Source: Octopus vulgaris (Eukaryota). Taken from it: a DNA stretch of 64,000 nucleotides. Below the pieces are notes generated by a model, which did no database searches, had not been told where the DNA came from, and saw only the letters and a list, made by a program, of their open reading frames with translations. Shown here one piece after another: positions 24,877 through 38,624 of the stretch. Each line of letters opens with the position of its first letter. Position 1 is the stretch's first letter. The translations under genes and the position numbers were made by a program. The stretch covers positions 219,790,001 to 219,854,000 of the forward strand of contig OX597814.1 in NCBI GenBank assembly GCA_951406725.2, written 5' to 3'.

Positions 24877-27810
24877 TAAAAAGATGTGGAACACGAGTTG
24901 TGAAATATAAAAAAAAGGAAATGAAGAAAATGCTGACAAAATAATTTAAGTAAGGGAGAGTGTATTTAATTAGGTGAAAGTTCTTTTTACCGGTTGCGCA
25001 TTTCTTATGCTTATCAAAAGATATTTTGAGTTAGATAGAGTTCCTTTCTGGTTGATTTTTTTCTCTTATCTGACTTTATGTTGGGTTTGCTGTCTCTTAT
25101 ATGTGAAAAAAGAGGCTCCAGAGTTGTTTAAGATTTGCTTGGTTTCGCGCCTAAAATTTCTTGTGGACAATGGTCAATACAATTTTGATTGGTCATTATA
25201 AAGGGGTCACATGAATGTTTGAATGGAAGTTGGTGTTGGGGTAAGAAAATAGGCTCCAGAGATGTTAAAATTTGGCTAGTATCACACCTAAAATTTCTTA
25301 TTGATCATAATAAAGAGGTCACTTGAGTGTGATCATAATAGAGACCATAATAATGTTTAGAATGAATGTTGCTGTGGGTGGTGTATGGAGTTTTCGAAAA
25401 TAGTGTAGTTGAAAATTTTTATTGTTCAGGCTGGTCAGCAGATGTCATGTGGATATTTTGAATAGCTTTTTAGTGCATAGTTAAGGAGTATTTTCCGCTT
25501 GACTGAATTTGAGCTGGAAAAGTAAGTTCATTTATGTATGTATGTGTGAGCGTGTGTGTGTTTATATGTATGTTGGGGCGTGTGTGGGTACAATTTTCAA
25601 TATTTATAGTTCTGCTGGCCTTGTGCCTGTATCGGGAAGCAATGTGTTTGTGTGAAGTCAATATTTACAGTCATTTCCAAAAAATAGTGTTTTGGATGTT
25701 TTGCACCCGTATCAAATTATGTGTATGTGTGGAACCATATATTTGCGTGTGTCATGGTGTTAATATCTGGGTAAAAGTGTGTGTAGGGTGTGTGCAGGTG
25801 TAAGTGTGTTTGTTGTGGGTTCGTGTTTAGAAGTGGTCTGTATTTATTAATAAGGTGGGATTCCATGGTTATTCGCTGGGTATGAGTGGCATTGTCTTTA
25901 AATTTGTAGAGGGGAAAGATTCTAAAATTGGGATGAAGTTGTGCGGCACAGGTATCAATATGTGCACTAAGTGCCATTTTTCTGTATTCCTGTATTTTTA
26001 TTTGGGATCTGTGGACAGTCATGCGCACTTCCTACAACGCTGGGAAAAAAGTGCCACCTGGTTCCTAAACTATGAATCGACTTTCAAAACGGATTACTCT
26101 TCCAAAAACCCGTTCATAAAAATGGGAAAACCAGGAACCCAACCACACAACTACTCCGCCAACCCTCCAACCTCGAACAAAAGAAGGAAACAGCATATTG
26201 AAGATGTACCTTCTTACCCCACGTCCATAAGGAGGAACAAGAACCCTGGAAACCCTCACCACCAGAATTACATTAACGAATTTACCCCTTCAAGGAGACA
26301 CTATACACAACAACTACTCGAATACCTTATTAACAAATAAAAGAGGATTCCACTACCAGGATAGACACAACAACATCCACACCACGAGGGGACAACAAGG
26401 TAATTTTCACTTTCTCAACTCTCACAATACACAACAAGCCCATACCACTCGATACAAGCACCCACGCAGGCCACTCATATCACCACAATCCATCACGACA
26501 CAAAGAAACACACACCAACACCCGCAATACAGGAACACCCCATTCTATCCACAACCACGAACCCGAACCATATTTCACAACAAGGAATATAACAAACACA
26601 CAGGACCTCTTAACACCAACAGACAACCCCTCTACCCCAACCATTTTTTAGACACAGCACACAGATACAGGCAAACAAAATAACACAGGACAGGGAATGA
26701 AACAGAAACCCATTGTCAATTAGTGACGTGGGGTAATCCCTGCTTGTTAATGTGTCCTTAAGTTCTTGTAGACGTAAGAGGCGGGTGTTTTTATTGGAGA
26801 CTATAGTGCAAATTCTCTTGGCTAAGTTGTAGGGAATGTTAATTTTAACGTGTCTAGGGTGGCATGAATTGAAAGGGAGGTATTGCTTGGAGTCTGTGGG
26901 CTTGTAGTATATGTCTGTTTCTATTTTTTTGTTGTGAATTTTAATGAGGATGTCAAGGAAGGGAATTTGTTGAGGGCTGTATTCCATTGTGAAAATAATG
27001 TTTGTGTTGAGCCCATTTATAAGGGTGTGAAATTCTTTAAGCTTCTCGATGGTTTCGGGCCAAAGGATGAAGCAGTTATCAAGGTATCTCTTCCAGTTCT
27101 TCTCTATGTGTGTGTGGAGAGTGGTGCCAAATTGGTTAAGAACGTTATTATAGAGGGTGATTTCCAGGTATCCCATGACTAGGTTGGCATAAGTGGGAGC
27201 TATTTTCGTTCCCATTGCCGTCCCTGATTTCTGTCTGTAGAATTTGTTGAAGGTGAAGAAATTATTCTCTAAGATGAATTTGAGTCCTTCTAAAATAAAT
27301 TCCTTTTTGAAGCGGTGTGGGAGTTCGTTGGAGTAATTATCCAGCTAGAATTGGATAGCTTCTATTCCTAAGTTGTGGGGGATGTTGGAGTAAAGATTAA
27401 CTACATCGAATGTTACTAGCAGGGTTTGTTCAGCAAGAAGTGTTTTGGGGAGGTGGTTGAGCATATCTAGATCATCCCTTATGTAGCTTTTAATGTGTTT
27501 GAGGAAGGGCTTGAGAAGGGTATCAATGAAGTTGCTAAGGCGGTGGGTTTCACAAGCGGGACCTGCTATTATAGGTCTCAATTTGAGGTCATTTGGTGAG
27601 GGGACATTGATTACAGAGTTTGTGGCTTCCTTGCATGCCTTACTTATTAATTCGCTTTTATGAATTTTGGGAATACTGTAGAAGAGGCTGGTTTTACTAG
27701 TGAAATTTGTGATGAAGTTGAATTCTTTGTAAGTGAGTTCTTCTTTGTGGGGGTTGATCAGGGTTTTTAAGTTTCTCATAATTTTCTGTTGATTGTAGTG
27801 TTCAGCCAGA
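24877..27810 (-). mobile_element. Penelope-like element relic (RT upstream of GIY-YIG, Neptune-type order) with internal inversion and pLTR
   Basis: FYSIPKIHK..LRPIIAG..LVTFDVVNLYSNIPH..GTAMGTKIAPTYANLVMG..WKRYLDNCF..IPFLD..TDIYYKPTD..SCHP are PLE RT motifs. The EN C-terminus RMTVHRSQI..ESHLINKYRPLLN is at 25790-26030. A premature TAG lies at 27345. Confidence 0.9.
24981..25022 (-). ncRNA. Degenerate hammerhead motif in the PLE pLTR (UUGAUAA core, A13C)
   Basis: Minus strand: TCTT-TTGATAA-GCAT AAGAA ATGC-GCAA-CCGG-TA-AAAAGA. Confidence 0.55.
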
Positions 27811-28169
27811 TAAGGGATCGGGGGATCCTGTCAAAGGCTTTCTCCAAGTCAAAAAAAAAAAAAAAAAAAGCCAAGATGTATTTTTACTATTGTTTCAAAA
27901 CTTATCAGTGATGTGAAGCCTTTCTGCATTCTGCTTCTGAAAAATGCTAGTCGTGTTATTGCATATCTGAATATGCATTGGTTGCTTAATGCTATAAACA
28001 TAGAACATGTTTTTACTCAACAGTTTAGGGATGATAGGATTTACAGTTGGGATCAAAATGAATAATTAGACTCAAATTTACAATACGACAATGTTTCCAA
28101 AACTCCGTTGGGACACTTGCGAATGACTAAGCCTTGTGAGTTCTTTGGCACCACATCTTTACAAAAAGA

Positions 28170-29740
28170 AATAACGATGAAATAAGTTTTATCCTTCTAA
28201 AGAAATCCAAAAGGGCTCTAACAAGAGCACTACATATCCTCTTCCAAAGCTTCCCAGAATGTTAAAGGAATGCATATATGTCTTATCCATGAAGGAGGTA
28301 GTAGAGCAGATGCTAAAAATTATAGACATGTCTCTCTAACCTCATATTTCTGCAAAGCATTGTCAGGGGGAAACTGATTGGTTTTCCCTATACATTCCAC
28401 TCTGACTTTGACATCTGTAACAACGAGTTTCAGTTACTTTGGATCAGAGTCTCTCACCTCTACTTCTGCTTCTATATGCATATGCTTCCTTTGCCACTCT
28501 CCGAACTCCATCAACAATCAATAATTCTTCAACCATATATTTTCCTACATAGAGGACATCTATCTCATTTCACCTCTACTCGAAGTCATAATTCCATGAC
28601 CTTCAACATTTACAACTCTTCCTGATTCTCTCACTCACCTCATATTAATGCCGCCAGTGCAAAAACTAAAATTCTCACCACTGTACATAAGTTAAATCCC
28701 TAACCCATATCCCTGACTGACACACAGACACTTTCTTTTGAGCCCTCTAACTCAACCATTGCCAAACTAACACCATTTCTGCAATTTCCGGTCGTCTGAC
28801 TTATCTTATCACGACTCTCCAGCATCAACCAGTATTGTTTATCAACAAAACGTTACAGCACCTAGTCTTTTGGGGACCTTATAATAATTCAAAATCAGCT
28901 GAATAGTCGGAACTCTGCCAGTTCCATGCTCTCTTTGATGGCACATGCTTCTGGTTCATCACCAAAAAAGTAGGTGGTTGAAAACATCTTAGGAATGTCT
29001 CTCCACATCTTACACATAACCAAAACACACAACTTCAAAACTTACAAGCAGTTCAGTCATATCTGAACCATAGCAGTTTAGCCTACATGCTCGGAAAAGG
29101 TCAACCATCTCTACAAACAGTTTTTATCTAGTGTCGTTTGTCTTGCAAGATTATAATCCGAACTGTGGAGAATGCTTCCGTGCGTCGTACAACCCATAAA
29201 CATTTCCTCTTTTGGTTTCTTGTTAAAAGACTTTCCACCACAAACTTCGTGGAATCCTTTTATTTCTATAGTTTCCAACCATAATGGTGGAGCAATATTC
29301 TCCTGAAGAAAGCCACCATATTTGCTGCCTGTCTTGCATTCATACTGCACACATTAAACAACGTGTCATATTTTCAAGAAGGCACTTCCAACACCTTAAA
29401 AATTTTGAAGACTACTTCAAACAACAATCTTCTCCAACTCTTTGAATCTTCCACCTTAATATCCACTAGCACCATTTTCATAATGCCAAACCACTGGAAA
29501 CCATCAGCAGACTATTAGTCCGTACTTGGCAAAACTGGACACCATTCTCAATTCTCTTGTCTTCTGGATCGGTGCTTTCTGTCAGCTCACACCATTTCAG
29601 TATGAACTGATGGAGCACTTATTAACGCACGTTGTGCCTAAGGATCGCCTTTGTTCTCACATAACTCAACGACCTAATTCTCGTCTCCTCTGACGACGAA
29701 TACAACTACGTAGGTGATACAACCCTTCATCACGCACTAA
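28170..29740 (+). pseudogene. Highly decayed non-LTR retrotransposon fragments (Jockey/CR1-like RT)
   Basis: Remnants NYRHVSLTSYFCK (about 28320), a VPQGS-like GTGCCTAAGGATC (29634) and a YADDT-like TACGTAGGTGATACAACC (29707). Confidence 0.4.
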
Positions 29741-30251
29741 TCTTTTGGCACCTAGGCACCACAGACATCGAAAAAAAATCAACTTAAATGGTATCAGTCT
29801 TGTTTCCTTCACCAGCACAAAGATACGGTCACTGCACATATGAAAAAATATGTTCTCATGTCTCCCTGGACCAATGGCGTAGTGTGGGATGTACGGTCCA
29901 CATAGGGTAACCACTTTGAATACGTTTGTTTACTGTTGTCGAAGGTGTATTCCATTTAAAGAAACAGGCAGTTTGTCTACTGCACAAGGCGGTCAGGACC
30001 CACGCTATGTTACTGCCGCAAATATGAATCGCATGCAACAAGGACCTTCAATATGGTAATAAATACTAGATATCAACGTCGTCGATCATTTCTCCTTGTG
30101 AACGCACATCCTCAATTTCATTGTTAACTCTCACCTGACTGACAGCATCCTTGTTCCAGAAAGACGTTGGTCAGAAATCCATCAAACTGATATACCATGT
30201 TATGAAAACAAGATTAGAATTGGACTTCAATTTATTTGGGAATGAATTAGT

Positions 30252-30647
30252 GCAGGAGTGGCTGTGTGGTAAGTAGCTTGCCTACCAACCACATGGTTCC
30301 GGGTTCAGTCCCACTGCGTGGCACCTTGGGCAAGTGTCTTCTACTATAGCCTCGGGCCGACCAATGCCTTGTGAGTGGATTTGGTAGACGGAAACTGAAA
30401 GAAGCCCGTCGTATATATGTATATATATATGTATGTTTGTGTGTCTGTGTCTGTCCCCCTAGCATTGCTTGACAACCGATGCTGGTGTGTTTATGTCCCC
30501 GTCACTTAGCGGTTCGGCAAAAAGAGACCGATAGAATAAGTACTGGGCTTACAAAGAATAAGTCCCGGGGTCGAGTTGCTCAACTAAAGGCGGTGCTCCA
30601 GCATGGCCGCAGTCAAATGACTGAAACAAGTAAAAGAGTAAAAAGAG
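30252..30647 (+). mobile_element. SINE family A
   Basis: Full copy. Confidence 0.85.
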
Positions 30648-31204
30648 AGAGTGTAGTAGATGAGAGTGAAGTTTGTGCCAAGATTGAGTATCACCGCTTT
30701 CCTCACTCCTTAGGAAGATAACTTACAGGAGAAATTCTTACCGAAGAGCATTTCTCTAACGTTTGCATTCCACACACAGACACACACACATACACACTCA
30801 CACACACGCACACATTTAAATAATTACAACCACAATTTATTCTCTTATCTTCTATGGATAGCTTGTAGAATTCTATTTCAATTATTGAGAATTAATTTAA
30901 TAACTATTATTATATCAGACTATTTTAAATTAAGCAGTGGAAGCAAGAATTCCCTGCTGTATTCAAATGAAATTGTTAAGCGGTGAATAAGTTCGTGTGT
31001 CCCTTGAGTATAATTAGGCATAATTCGCTAAGCTGGCACTATAGATTTCTTGTGGCAATGCACCAGGCCAGTTATCGTAGTATATTGATTCCTTACAATG
31101 AGATAACATTTCGTTGAGGAAGAAAGAGCATTGTAGTTGAAACCAACTCCCGTAGTCAGCTGGCAATTACAATGTAAGGAAAGATGAGGTTTTCTGCGTT
31201 TATA

Positions 31205-31590
31205 TCTTTATATATAAAAGTAAGGTTGTGTGTCTGACTCCTACGATTTAGATTCCTAACTACTCCCACATTTTGCGGTGCAGTTTAACCAAAACCGGGT
31301 ATCTTATAGTCGTGATTCATATCGAGCCCTTCTGGGTATTAGCGCGCGTCTACGATTAAAAAAAAAAATTACCATCATTTTTTCCCATTTTTAATGCATT
31401 TTTTTTTTGCTATTATATAAGGGAAGTAACTCTCTAAAATGTATTATTAAATCTCAGAACGTAAAAAGCTACAGTAACCCCCCCCTTTGTGGTTAGTCAT
31501 ATTGAGATGGCTATTATACTTTACATCTCTAAAAATGCTTATATAGTTATTTCCCTTACAAACCCGAGCAACGCCGGTCGATACTGCTAG
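31205..31590 (+). mobile_element. Non-autonomous Helitron
   Basis: A|TC...hairpin...CTAG|T termini, with a variant internal segment at about 31440-31525. Confidence 0.85.
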
Positions 31591-31877
31591 TTTGCAGATA
31601 AAGGCTTAAACAAATACCCACGAAGCATTTAGTCAAGTACTCGAGCATTTATATTCACTTGGCGCTCCCACTTTGATACATTTTGTATTGTTTCACCCAA
31701 ACCCCACGATAATAGGAAGTAACATTTCTCTCCGGACTTGGATGAAATTAGTTTCTTTGCGAGAGTCGACTCTTCGACTAAAATTGTTTTCCTCTCCAGT
31801 CAATGCTGTGTATAATCAGTTTTCAACGATTCGTAGGATTTCACAACGTTTTCTGGTTCATGAAGACGGTTTTGCAT

Positions 31878-31946
<69 letters not shown>

Positions 31947-32002
31947 TTTTTTTCTTTTTGGCAAGTGCCGTAGAATAAAAACTAATCATCTTGATGTTGT
32001 TT

Positions 32003-32220
32003 GGCGGCGAGCTGGCAGAAACGTTAGCACACCGGGCGAAATGCGTAGCCATTACGTTCCGCGTTCAAATTCCGCCGAGGTCGACTTTGCCTTTCATCCT
32101 TTCGGGGTCGATAAATTATGTACCAGTTATGCACTGGGGTCGATGTAATCGACTTAATCCGTATGTCTGTCCTTGTTTGTTCCCTCTGTGTTTAGCTCCT
32201 TGTGAGTAGTAAAGAAGTAG
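32003..32220 (+). mobile_element. SINE family B (long-tail form)
   Basis: GGCGGCGAGCTGGCAGAAACG head through the GTAGTAAAGAAGTAG tail. Confidence 0.85.
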
Positions 32221-32725
32221 ATATTGTTTGGTCTTCCATCTGTATATAATTTATGTCTCCTTATGATGCTATTGTCCTTCGATTAGATATATATCTTTCA
32301 ATATTCCTTTTCGTTTCTACTGTCAATCAGTAGATACGATCCTCTATTAATGGATATCAATAATAAGGAGAACAGTTAAGAACCTGTTAAACGTTTGCAG
32401 GAGTGTTGTCGGCTATTTATTTTATCGACCCTCGAGGGGGAAAGAAAAGAAATTCAACCTCAGCAGGATTTTAAATCAGAACCGACAAAGACTAAGCTGA
32501 AGAACCTAAAGCTTTAAATTGTTTTTTCTATAGGGAGAGTGGCTGTTAATCGTGTAGAAAAGACATCAAACATTGAGGGTATGAATCACCAACGTCTGTC
32601 TTTAGCTAAAACATCTTTCGCTAGTTTTGACCTTCTTGCTGAGAAAAAGAGATTAGTGTACATATTTGTAGCATGATGGTCTAGTTTCTCCAATGTTGTC
32701 TATTTTGAGTTAGGTATTCTATTTT

Positions 32726-33116
32726 ACTCTTTTACTTGTTTCAGTCATTTGACTGCGGCCATGCTGGAACACCGCCTTTAGTTGAGCAAATCGACCCCGG
32801 GACTTATTCTTTTGTAAGCCCAGTACTTATTCTATCGGTCTCTTTTGCCGAACCGCTAAGTAACGGGAACATAAACACACCAGCATTGGTTGTCAAGTAA
32901 TGCTAGGGGACAAACACAGACACACGCATATATATATATACATATATACGACGGGCTTCTTTCAGTTTCCGTCTACCAAATCCACTCACAAGGCTTTGGT
33001 CGGCCCGAGGCTATAGTAGAAGACACTTGCCCAAGGTGCCACGCAGTGAGACTGAACCCGGAACCATGTGGTTGGTAGACAAACTACTTACCACACAGCC
33101 ACTCCTGCGCATATTC
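32726..33116 (-). mobile_element. SINE family A with a 15-bp TSD
   Basis: Flanked by TAGGTATTCTATTTT at 32711-32725 and 33117-33131. Confidence 0.9.
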
Positions 33117-33235
33117 TAGGTATTCTATTTTTATCAAGGTCTTCTATTTTAGGATAAACGCTCTGTTTCCATCAAGGATACTCTAGTTCCAACCAAGTGG
33201 TCTATCTATGTTCAACATGGTTGTCTATTTTCAGC

Positions 33236-36200
33236 AAAATAATAATAATAATAATTGTGTACAGTGCTCAGGTGCACTACAACTCATCTAAAGTGTATAT
33301 ATAATCAGGTGTAGTTTCGGCGGATTTCGGAAAGCATGAGGGCCTTAAAGGATGCAGTGTCATGGCAGTCAACAACTGACGCAGGCAGTTTATTCCATGC
33401 TTCAGCAACTCTGAGCGTGAAAAAATGTTTCCGAAAGTCATGGGAGCTGTGTTGTTTTCTGACTTTGTAGGCATGTCCACGTGTGTTAGACACATGGAGA
33501 TCAAAAAGGTGTTCAGTGTTGTTGTTGGTGAGGTGGTTGATAACTTTGTGGGTGTTTACCAAGTCCGTCGCCAGATGCCGGAGCTTCAGTGAATCCATGC
33601 CCAGGGAAACAAGGCGCTCAGAATATGGTAGGGTATGCGTTTGGTTGCACGTCTCTGGACAGATTCCAGGAGGTCAATGTTCTGAGCAAGGTAGGGGTTC
33701 CAAACTGATGATGCGAATTCCAAGCGTGGTCGTACCATAGCTGTATACAGTTTTAAATAGATGGCTGGAGAGCGGCTAACAAAAGTCTTGCTGAGTGATG
33801 CCAAGACACCCTCGGCCTTCTTGACAATTTTAGAGATATGCTTTGTCCAACGCATATCACTGCTGACAGTGATGCCTAGGTCACGCTCGCAAGAGGGTTT
33901 CTTGATATCAGTGTTGTGGAGGGAGTATGTGGACGCAGGGTTGTTTCTCCCAAAATGCATGGTGGTACACTTGTCCACAGCCAGTTTCAGTTGCCAGTCT
34001 GTGATCCATTGCTGCATTGTGTCTAGGTCTGATTGCAGGAAAGAGTTGTAGACATCAGGATCTGTCCTCTTGATTTCAAGGTACAGCTTGATGTCGTCTG
34101 CATATTTCAATACTGTGGCATTCTTTAAATTGGCATCTGTCGTTAATGTATGCCACAAACAAGAGGGGACCAAGGACAGATCCCTGTGGTACACCCGATG
34201 ACATCTCATATGGTGTAGAATGCTGTCCTAGAACTGTGACTACCTCCTTTCGGCTGAGAATGAAGGATTTCAACCAGTTAAAAAGGTCATCCCCCACACC
34301 CATTGCAGAGAGTTTCACCATAAGCCTTTTGTGTGGCACAGAGTTGAAAGCCTTAGCAAAGTCAAGGTAGACAACATCCACCCATGAGCCACTGTCAGTG
34401 ATCTGAGTAATGTCCTCGAGGAACTCGACAAGCTGATCACTGCAGCTGGAGTTAGGGACAAATCCATATTGTGAGGGTCGGATGAGACTGTGAGAGCTCC
34501 AGAAGTTCCAGAGTGTTTCTCTGACACACGATTCCATCAGTTTTGCAATACAGATAGTGAGACTGACTGGGCGATAGTTGACAGGTGATGTGCGGTCACC
34601 CTTTTTGAACAGAGGAATGACACTGGCAGTTTTTCACTGCTCTGGAGTAGCACCATTGTTGAGACAGTACTGGAAGAAAATAGAAAGCTGGTGTAAAAGG
34701 AAGTACCTGCCACGTTTGAGAAGCAGGTATGTAACTCCATCGAGACCAGGGGAAGCATAGTTGCGCTTATTTTGAAGGTGACGTCGCAGCATTGCAGGTG
34801 TAAATTCCATAGTTGTTATGGAATTTGCTGTTAGTGATGGTGAAGATGGTACATTTTGACTTTCAACAGTGAATATGTTTGCATAGCACTCGGCAATGAG
34901 TTCTGCGCATTCCTTGGGGTCATCAGTGATCTGGTTTGTGTGAGGGTTGCGAAGAGGGCCCACTGGAGAGTGAGGTCTCTGCTTTGAATGCACGTATTTC
35001 CAGAAAACCTTGCTGTCAGGATTGGCTGCTATGCACTGTTCAAATTCAAGCACTGCTTTTTTTGTCACTTGCTTGAGATGGTTGGAAGATTTATTCCGCT
35101 TCTTCCTGTTGGTGTCTGATTTATGCAACTTGTATTCCCGTTCAGCAGTCCGACGTTCCTTCCTGGCAAGTCAGACCGCTGAAGTTTCCCAAATTGCCCT
35201 TTTGGGGCGGTTCTTCTTTTTCTGTTTACGTGGCACTGATGCTGCACATGCTGCCCATATTGTGTCCAGGATACTCTGGAGTATAGTATTCACATCTCCA
35301 GAGTTGTAGAATTCACGCCAGTTTGGGTGCTGTAGTTCAGTGTGGTACAGGTTCCAATCTGCTCTCTTCCAATCGAAGGAAGCAGATTGGAGATGGTTCA
35401 GGCTTTTGTTGCCCACAAGAGCCAGATTGGCGATGATCATAGCATGATCAGAGTCACCTAGAGGTTCCTCCGTAGTGCAATTGATAACCGCTTCAGGAGT
35501 TGTGGTGAAGAGCAGGTCCAAGGTGTTGTCGCCTCTTGTTGGAGAGGTGACTACTTGTGACCAGTTTGAGTCCAGCACAAGCTCAACAAAATCGTTTGCA
35601 CTCTGTGGCCAATGGAAGGTTTCCCAATTGATCTCAGGATGATTGAAATCGCCTGCAATAAACACATAAGTGGCTGTTTTCCTGGCAGCAGCTCGGAGGA
35701 TGTTGCAAAGCTGTGTGTCCTGATGGTAATTTGGGGGACGATAAACAACGCCAAGCAGGAGTGTTGACATGGTCATACGTACGTCACAGAAAAAAACTTC
35801 TTGTGATTCGTTCAAATCGGCACAAGGAATTACCGAAAAATTTGAACGAACGTAGACCATCACACCACCACCACGGCGGTTAATGCGGTCCTTACGGAAG
35901 AGGTTGTACCCCGTAATGTTGAAAACCCCATCACAGAGTAAGGAATGCGCCCATGTTTCCGTGACAGTGATGAAGTCAGGGTCAATACTTCTGACGTAGG
36001 CGTTGAACAAATGTATTTTGTTGCATAAACTGCGAGCATTTAAGGACAACAATTTGTACCCTGCTCGCAGTGTATGATGGTGTGTAGAGGATGGCAGGTT
36101 GTTCTGGCTTAGTTTCCCTGAGTTGCTGTAGTCTTTTTAGATTTTTTTTTCAGTGTTAGTTATTGTGGGTAGAGAGCACTCAGACCAGCTGGTATCTCTC

Positions 36201-36790
36201 TTCCACGTTTCAGCAGTCTTAACAAATCTCCAGATTTGTCCATCTTCACGAAGACTGAAACTTTCTTGTAGAGCTGAGTTCCGGTTCAGGGAAGCCGCTA
36301 CACGTAGCTCCGGACGTACATCAGATGGTAAGCCTGGGCGTGTTCGGAAGGTGGTCCAATTTTCACGCCCAGCTTTAACTGAGGCCAGATGGTAAGAGGT
36401 TGCCTCAGCGTGGTCTGAAAAAGACAGCTTGATGAGCCTGGGTTTTGGGCCAGGTCGTCCAAGGCGGAGAGCACCCGTTGGGGGAACGCAGCCTAGGTCT
36501 TTGGCTGAGTTGGCAGCAAATGCCTGAAGATCAGCCATGTCTTCTGGCACCCCAATGGCAATAACTTCATGGGTAGCAGAATCCGCGGTCTTAGATGCGG
36601 CAACAGGTACAGGAAGGTTCTTTAGCAGAGCATTCCGATAAGACCCCTCATTGTGGAGTCCAACCTGAATGGTTGCTTTTATTCCTGCTACTTCCCCTCT
36701 TAAAGCACAGATCGATTGTTGCAGTTCTGCAAGAACCGCACTGGTCAATTGGTGTTGTTGTTGCTGCTGCTGCTCTAGTTGTGGTTGATT

Positions 36791-36822
<32 letters not shown>

Positions 36823-36850
36823 CTGGTTGTGGTTGATTTTGTTGTTGCTG
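33236..36850 (-). mobile_element. Near full-length CR1-like LINE: ORF1 (coiled coil plus RRM-like), APE endonuclease and RT, with stops and frameshifts
   Basis: ORF1 36137-36748 (VIAIGVPE, RLGRPGPKPRLIKLSF). APE LSLNARS..TETW..YRPP..GDFN..TLDL..SDH. RT SPGLDG..QYGF..YLDFAKAF..SGVPQGSVLGP..YADD..ERDLG..HFFTLRVAEAWNKLP. (ATT)n tail at 33238-33255. Confidence 0.92.
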
Positions 36851-37592
36851 CCTGTTTTCAGTGATGTGGTCTGTTTTGTGCTCGGTGATTTATTTTCGAC
36901 GAAGTGGTCTATTTTCAGCTAGGTGGTGTATTTTCAGTAATGTGGCCGAGGTATATAACTCATGGCTGAATGCGGCTAATGCGTGGAATAATCAATGTTT
37001 TATTTGCGTGAGCTTTCAATTCGTTTATGGAAAGGGCTTCTCCCTGAGAGAAAGAAGGTTCATGCTTTTCTCGAAGAGCTTAGGCAGCCTAAGTAAACTA
37101 AAATTATTTCCAATGGAAACTGATATCCGATCGTGGAGTCAGCTTACCAATTGCTTACATCTCCTCATACAGAAGAAAATTTGTTTAGTGCCGTTTAATT
37201 CATCAAGGGATCCCTCGGCAAGGGGTTCAAGATATCCTCTTGATATCTACTCATGATGAAGTTTCAAACACCAAATGCCACACACAGCAAATAATTAGAA
37301 TCAAGGTCCGCATTAAATGTAAATGCTGAACAAAACGATTAGAAAACTTGTCCGACAGCCTACGCAGGAACGAATTCCTTACAATAATTTGAAACAAACA
37401 TTGTAAACAGATGAAGCACTCGTTAACTATAGAGCGTTTTCTTGTTTCCTTTTATAGTCAAGTATCTATGAAGTTGTAAACAGCGTTTACAAACGCAAGC
37501 GTCAAGAATTTATATGTTGCAGAGAAGTGGGGGATAAAAGTGAAGAGTAATATCGAAAGGAATGATTCTTGTCTGAGATTTGAAAATATTTA

Positions 37593-37975
37593 TCTCTCTC
37601 TGTATAAACGGCAGTTTGTCTGTGTGGGTTTCTGTGTGTCTGTTTGGTTGTACCCTCACCCTGACCACGGCTTTCAACCGATTCTGATGAAACTTGACAC
37701 ACACATAGCCCAATGTCATAATTCAAAACTAACGCAGCGAAAATTTTGAAAAGTTCCCCAGTTCTGAACAAAATCGATAAATTCGACATGGGGTCGAGAA
37801 TCAGAAACACAAACCAAAAACTGTCTAGGGGACGCAACTCCACCTTTTTTTACTCTCAAAAAAATTTACCATCATTTTTTTCCATTTTTTTTGCTATTTT
37901 TTGGCTATAACTCTCTAAAAATGCTTTATAGTTATTTCCCTTACAAACCTGAGAAACGCCGGGCGATACTGCTAG
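37593..37975 (+). mobile_element. Non-autonomous Helitron with a different 5' body and the same 3' end
   Basis: A|TC start, CCGATTCTGATGAAACTTG motif, shared 3' about 120 bp with hairpin and CTAG|T. Confidence 0.8.
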
Positions 37976-38390
37976 TCTCTCTATAAAAATGACATTGTAT
38001 ATTCTGAACCGCCATTGGCTCAGTGTGAAAGATTGAATTTGGTAAAGTTTACATGCTTGCTGATAATGTGTGTGTGTGAGTTAATGTAAGGGTGATAATA
38101 GCATTCAACAAGTTCTTACAAGCAGGTGTGTAACCAGATTCTAAAGTTAGGGGGAGCGAGCACATAAAAAAGGGGCCGTGACATATACAAGACAATTTTT
38201 AAATCATTACTTTTATATTACGCGAAATATTTTATTAGATGTTCTACATTCATTAATTTCATGTTTCAGAAAAAAAACGTAATTGTCTATAAAACTGTTG
38301 AAAAGGCGCCAATTTTAAAAAATGTGCTCGCAGGGAACGGTTGCCCGCCCCCACCTGCTTCCCCATTTGCTACACCACTGCCTACTGGAC

Positions 38391-38624
38391 GGCGGCGAGC
38401 TGGCAGAAATATTAGCATGTCGGGCGAAATGCGTAGCCGTATTTCGTCTGTCGTTACGTTGTGAGTTCAAATTCCGCCGAGGTCGACTTTGCCTTTCATC
38501 CTTTCGGGGTCGATAAATTAAGTACCATTTACGCGCTGGGGTCGATGTAATCGACTTAATTCGTGTGTCTGTCCTTGTTTGTCCCCTCTGTGTTTAACCC
38601 CTTGTGGGTAATAAAGAAATAGGT
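38391..38624 (+). mobile_element. SINE family B (long-tail form)
   Basis: Full, low-divergence copy. Confidence 0.85.

Noticed and set aside
27345-27347. Recoded (selenocysteine) stop in the Penelope RT
   Set aside because: The codon is TAG at an expected Trp position and the catalytic YLDD is mutated to YLDN, so this is simple decay.
33223-36919. 13-bp TSD GTCTATTTTCAGC around the CR1-like LINE
   Set aside because: Both flanks are a degenerate tandem repeat of this motif, so the match is not diagnostic.
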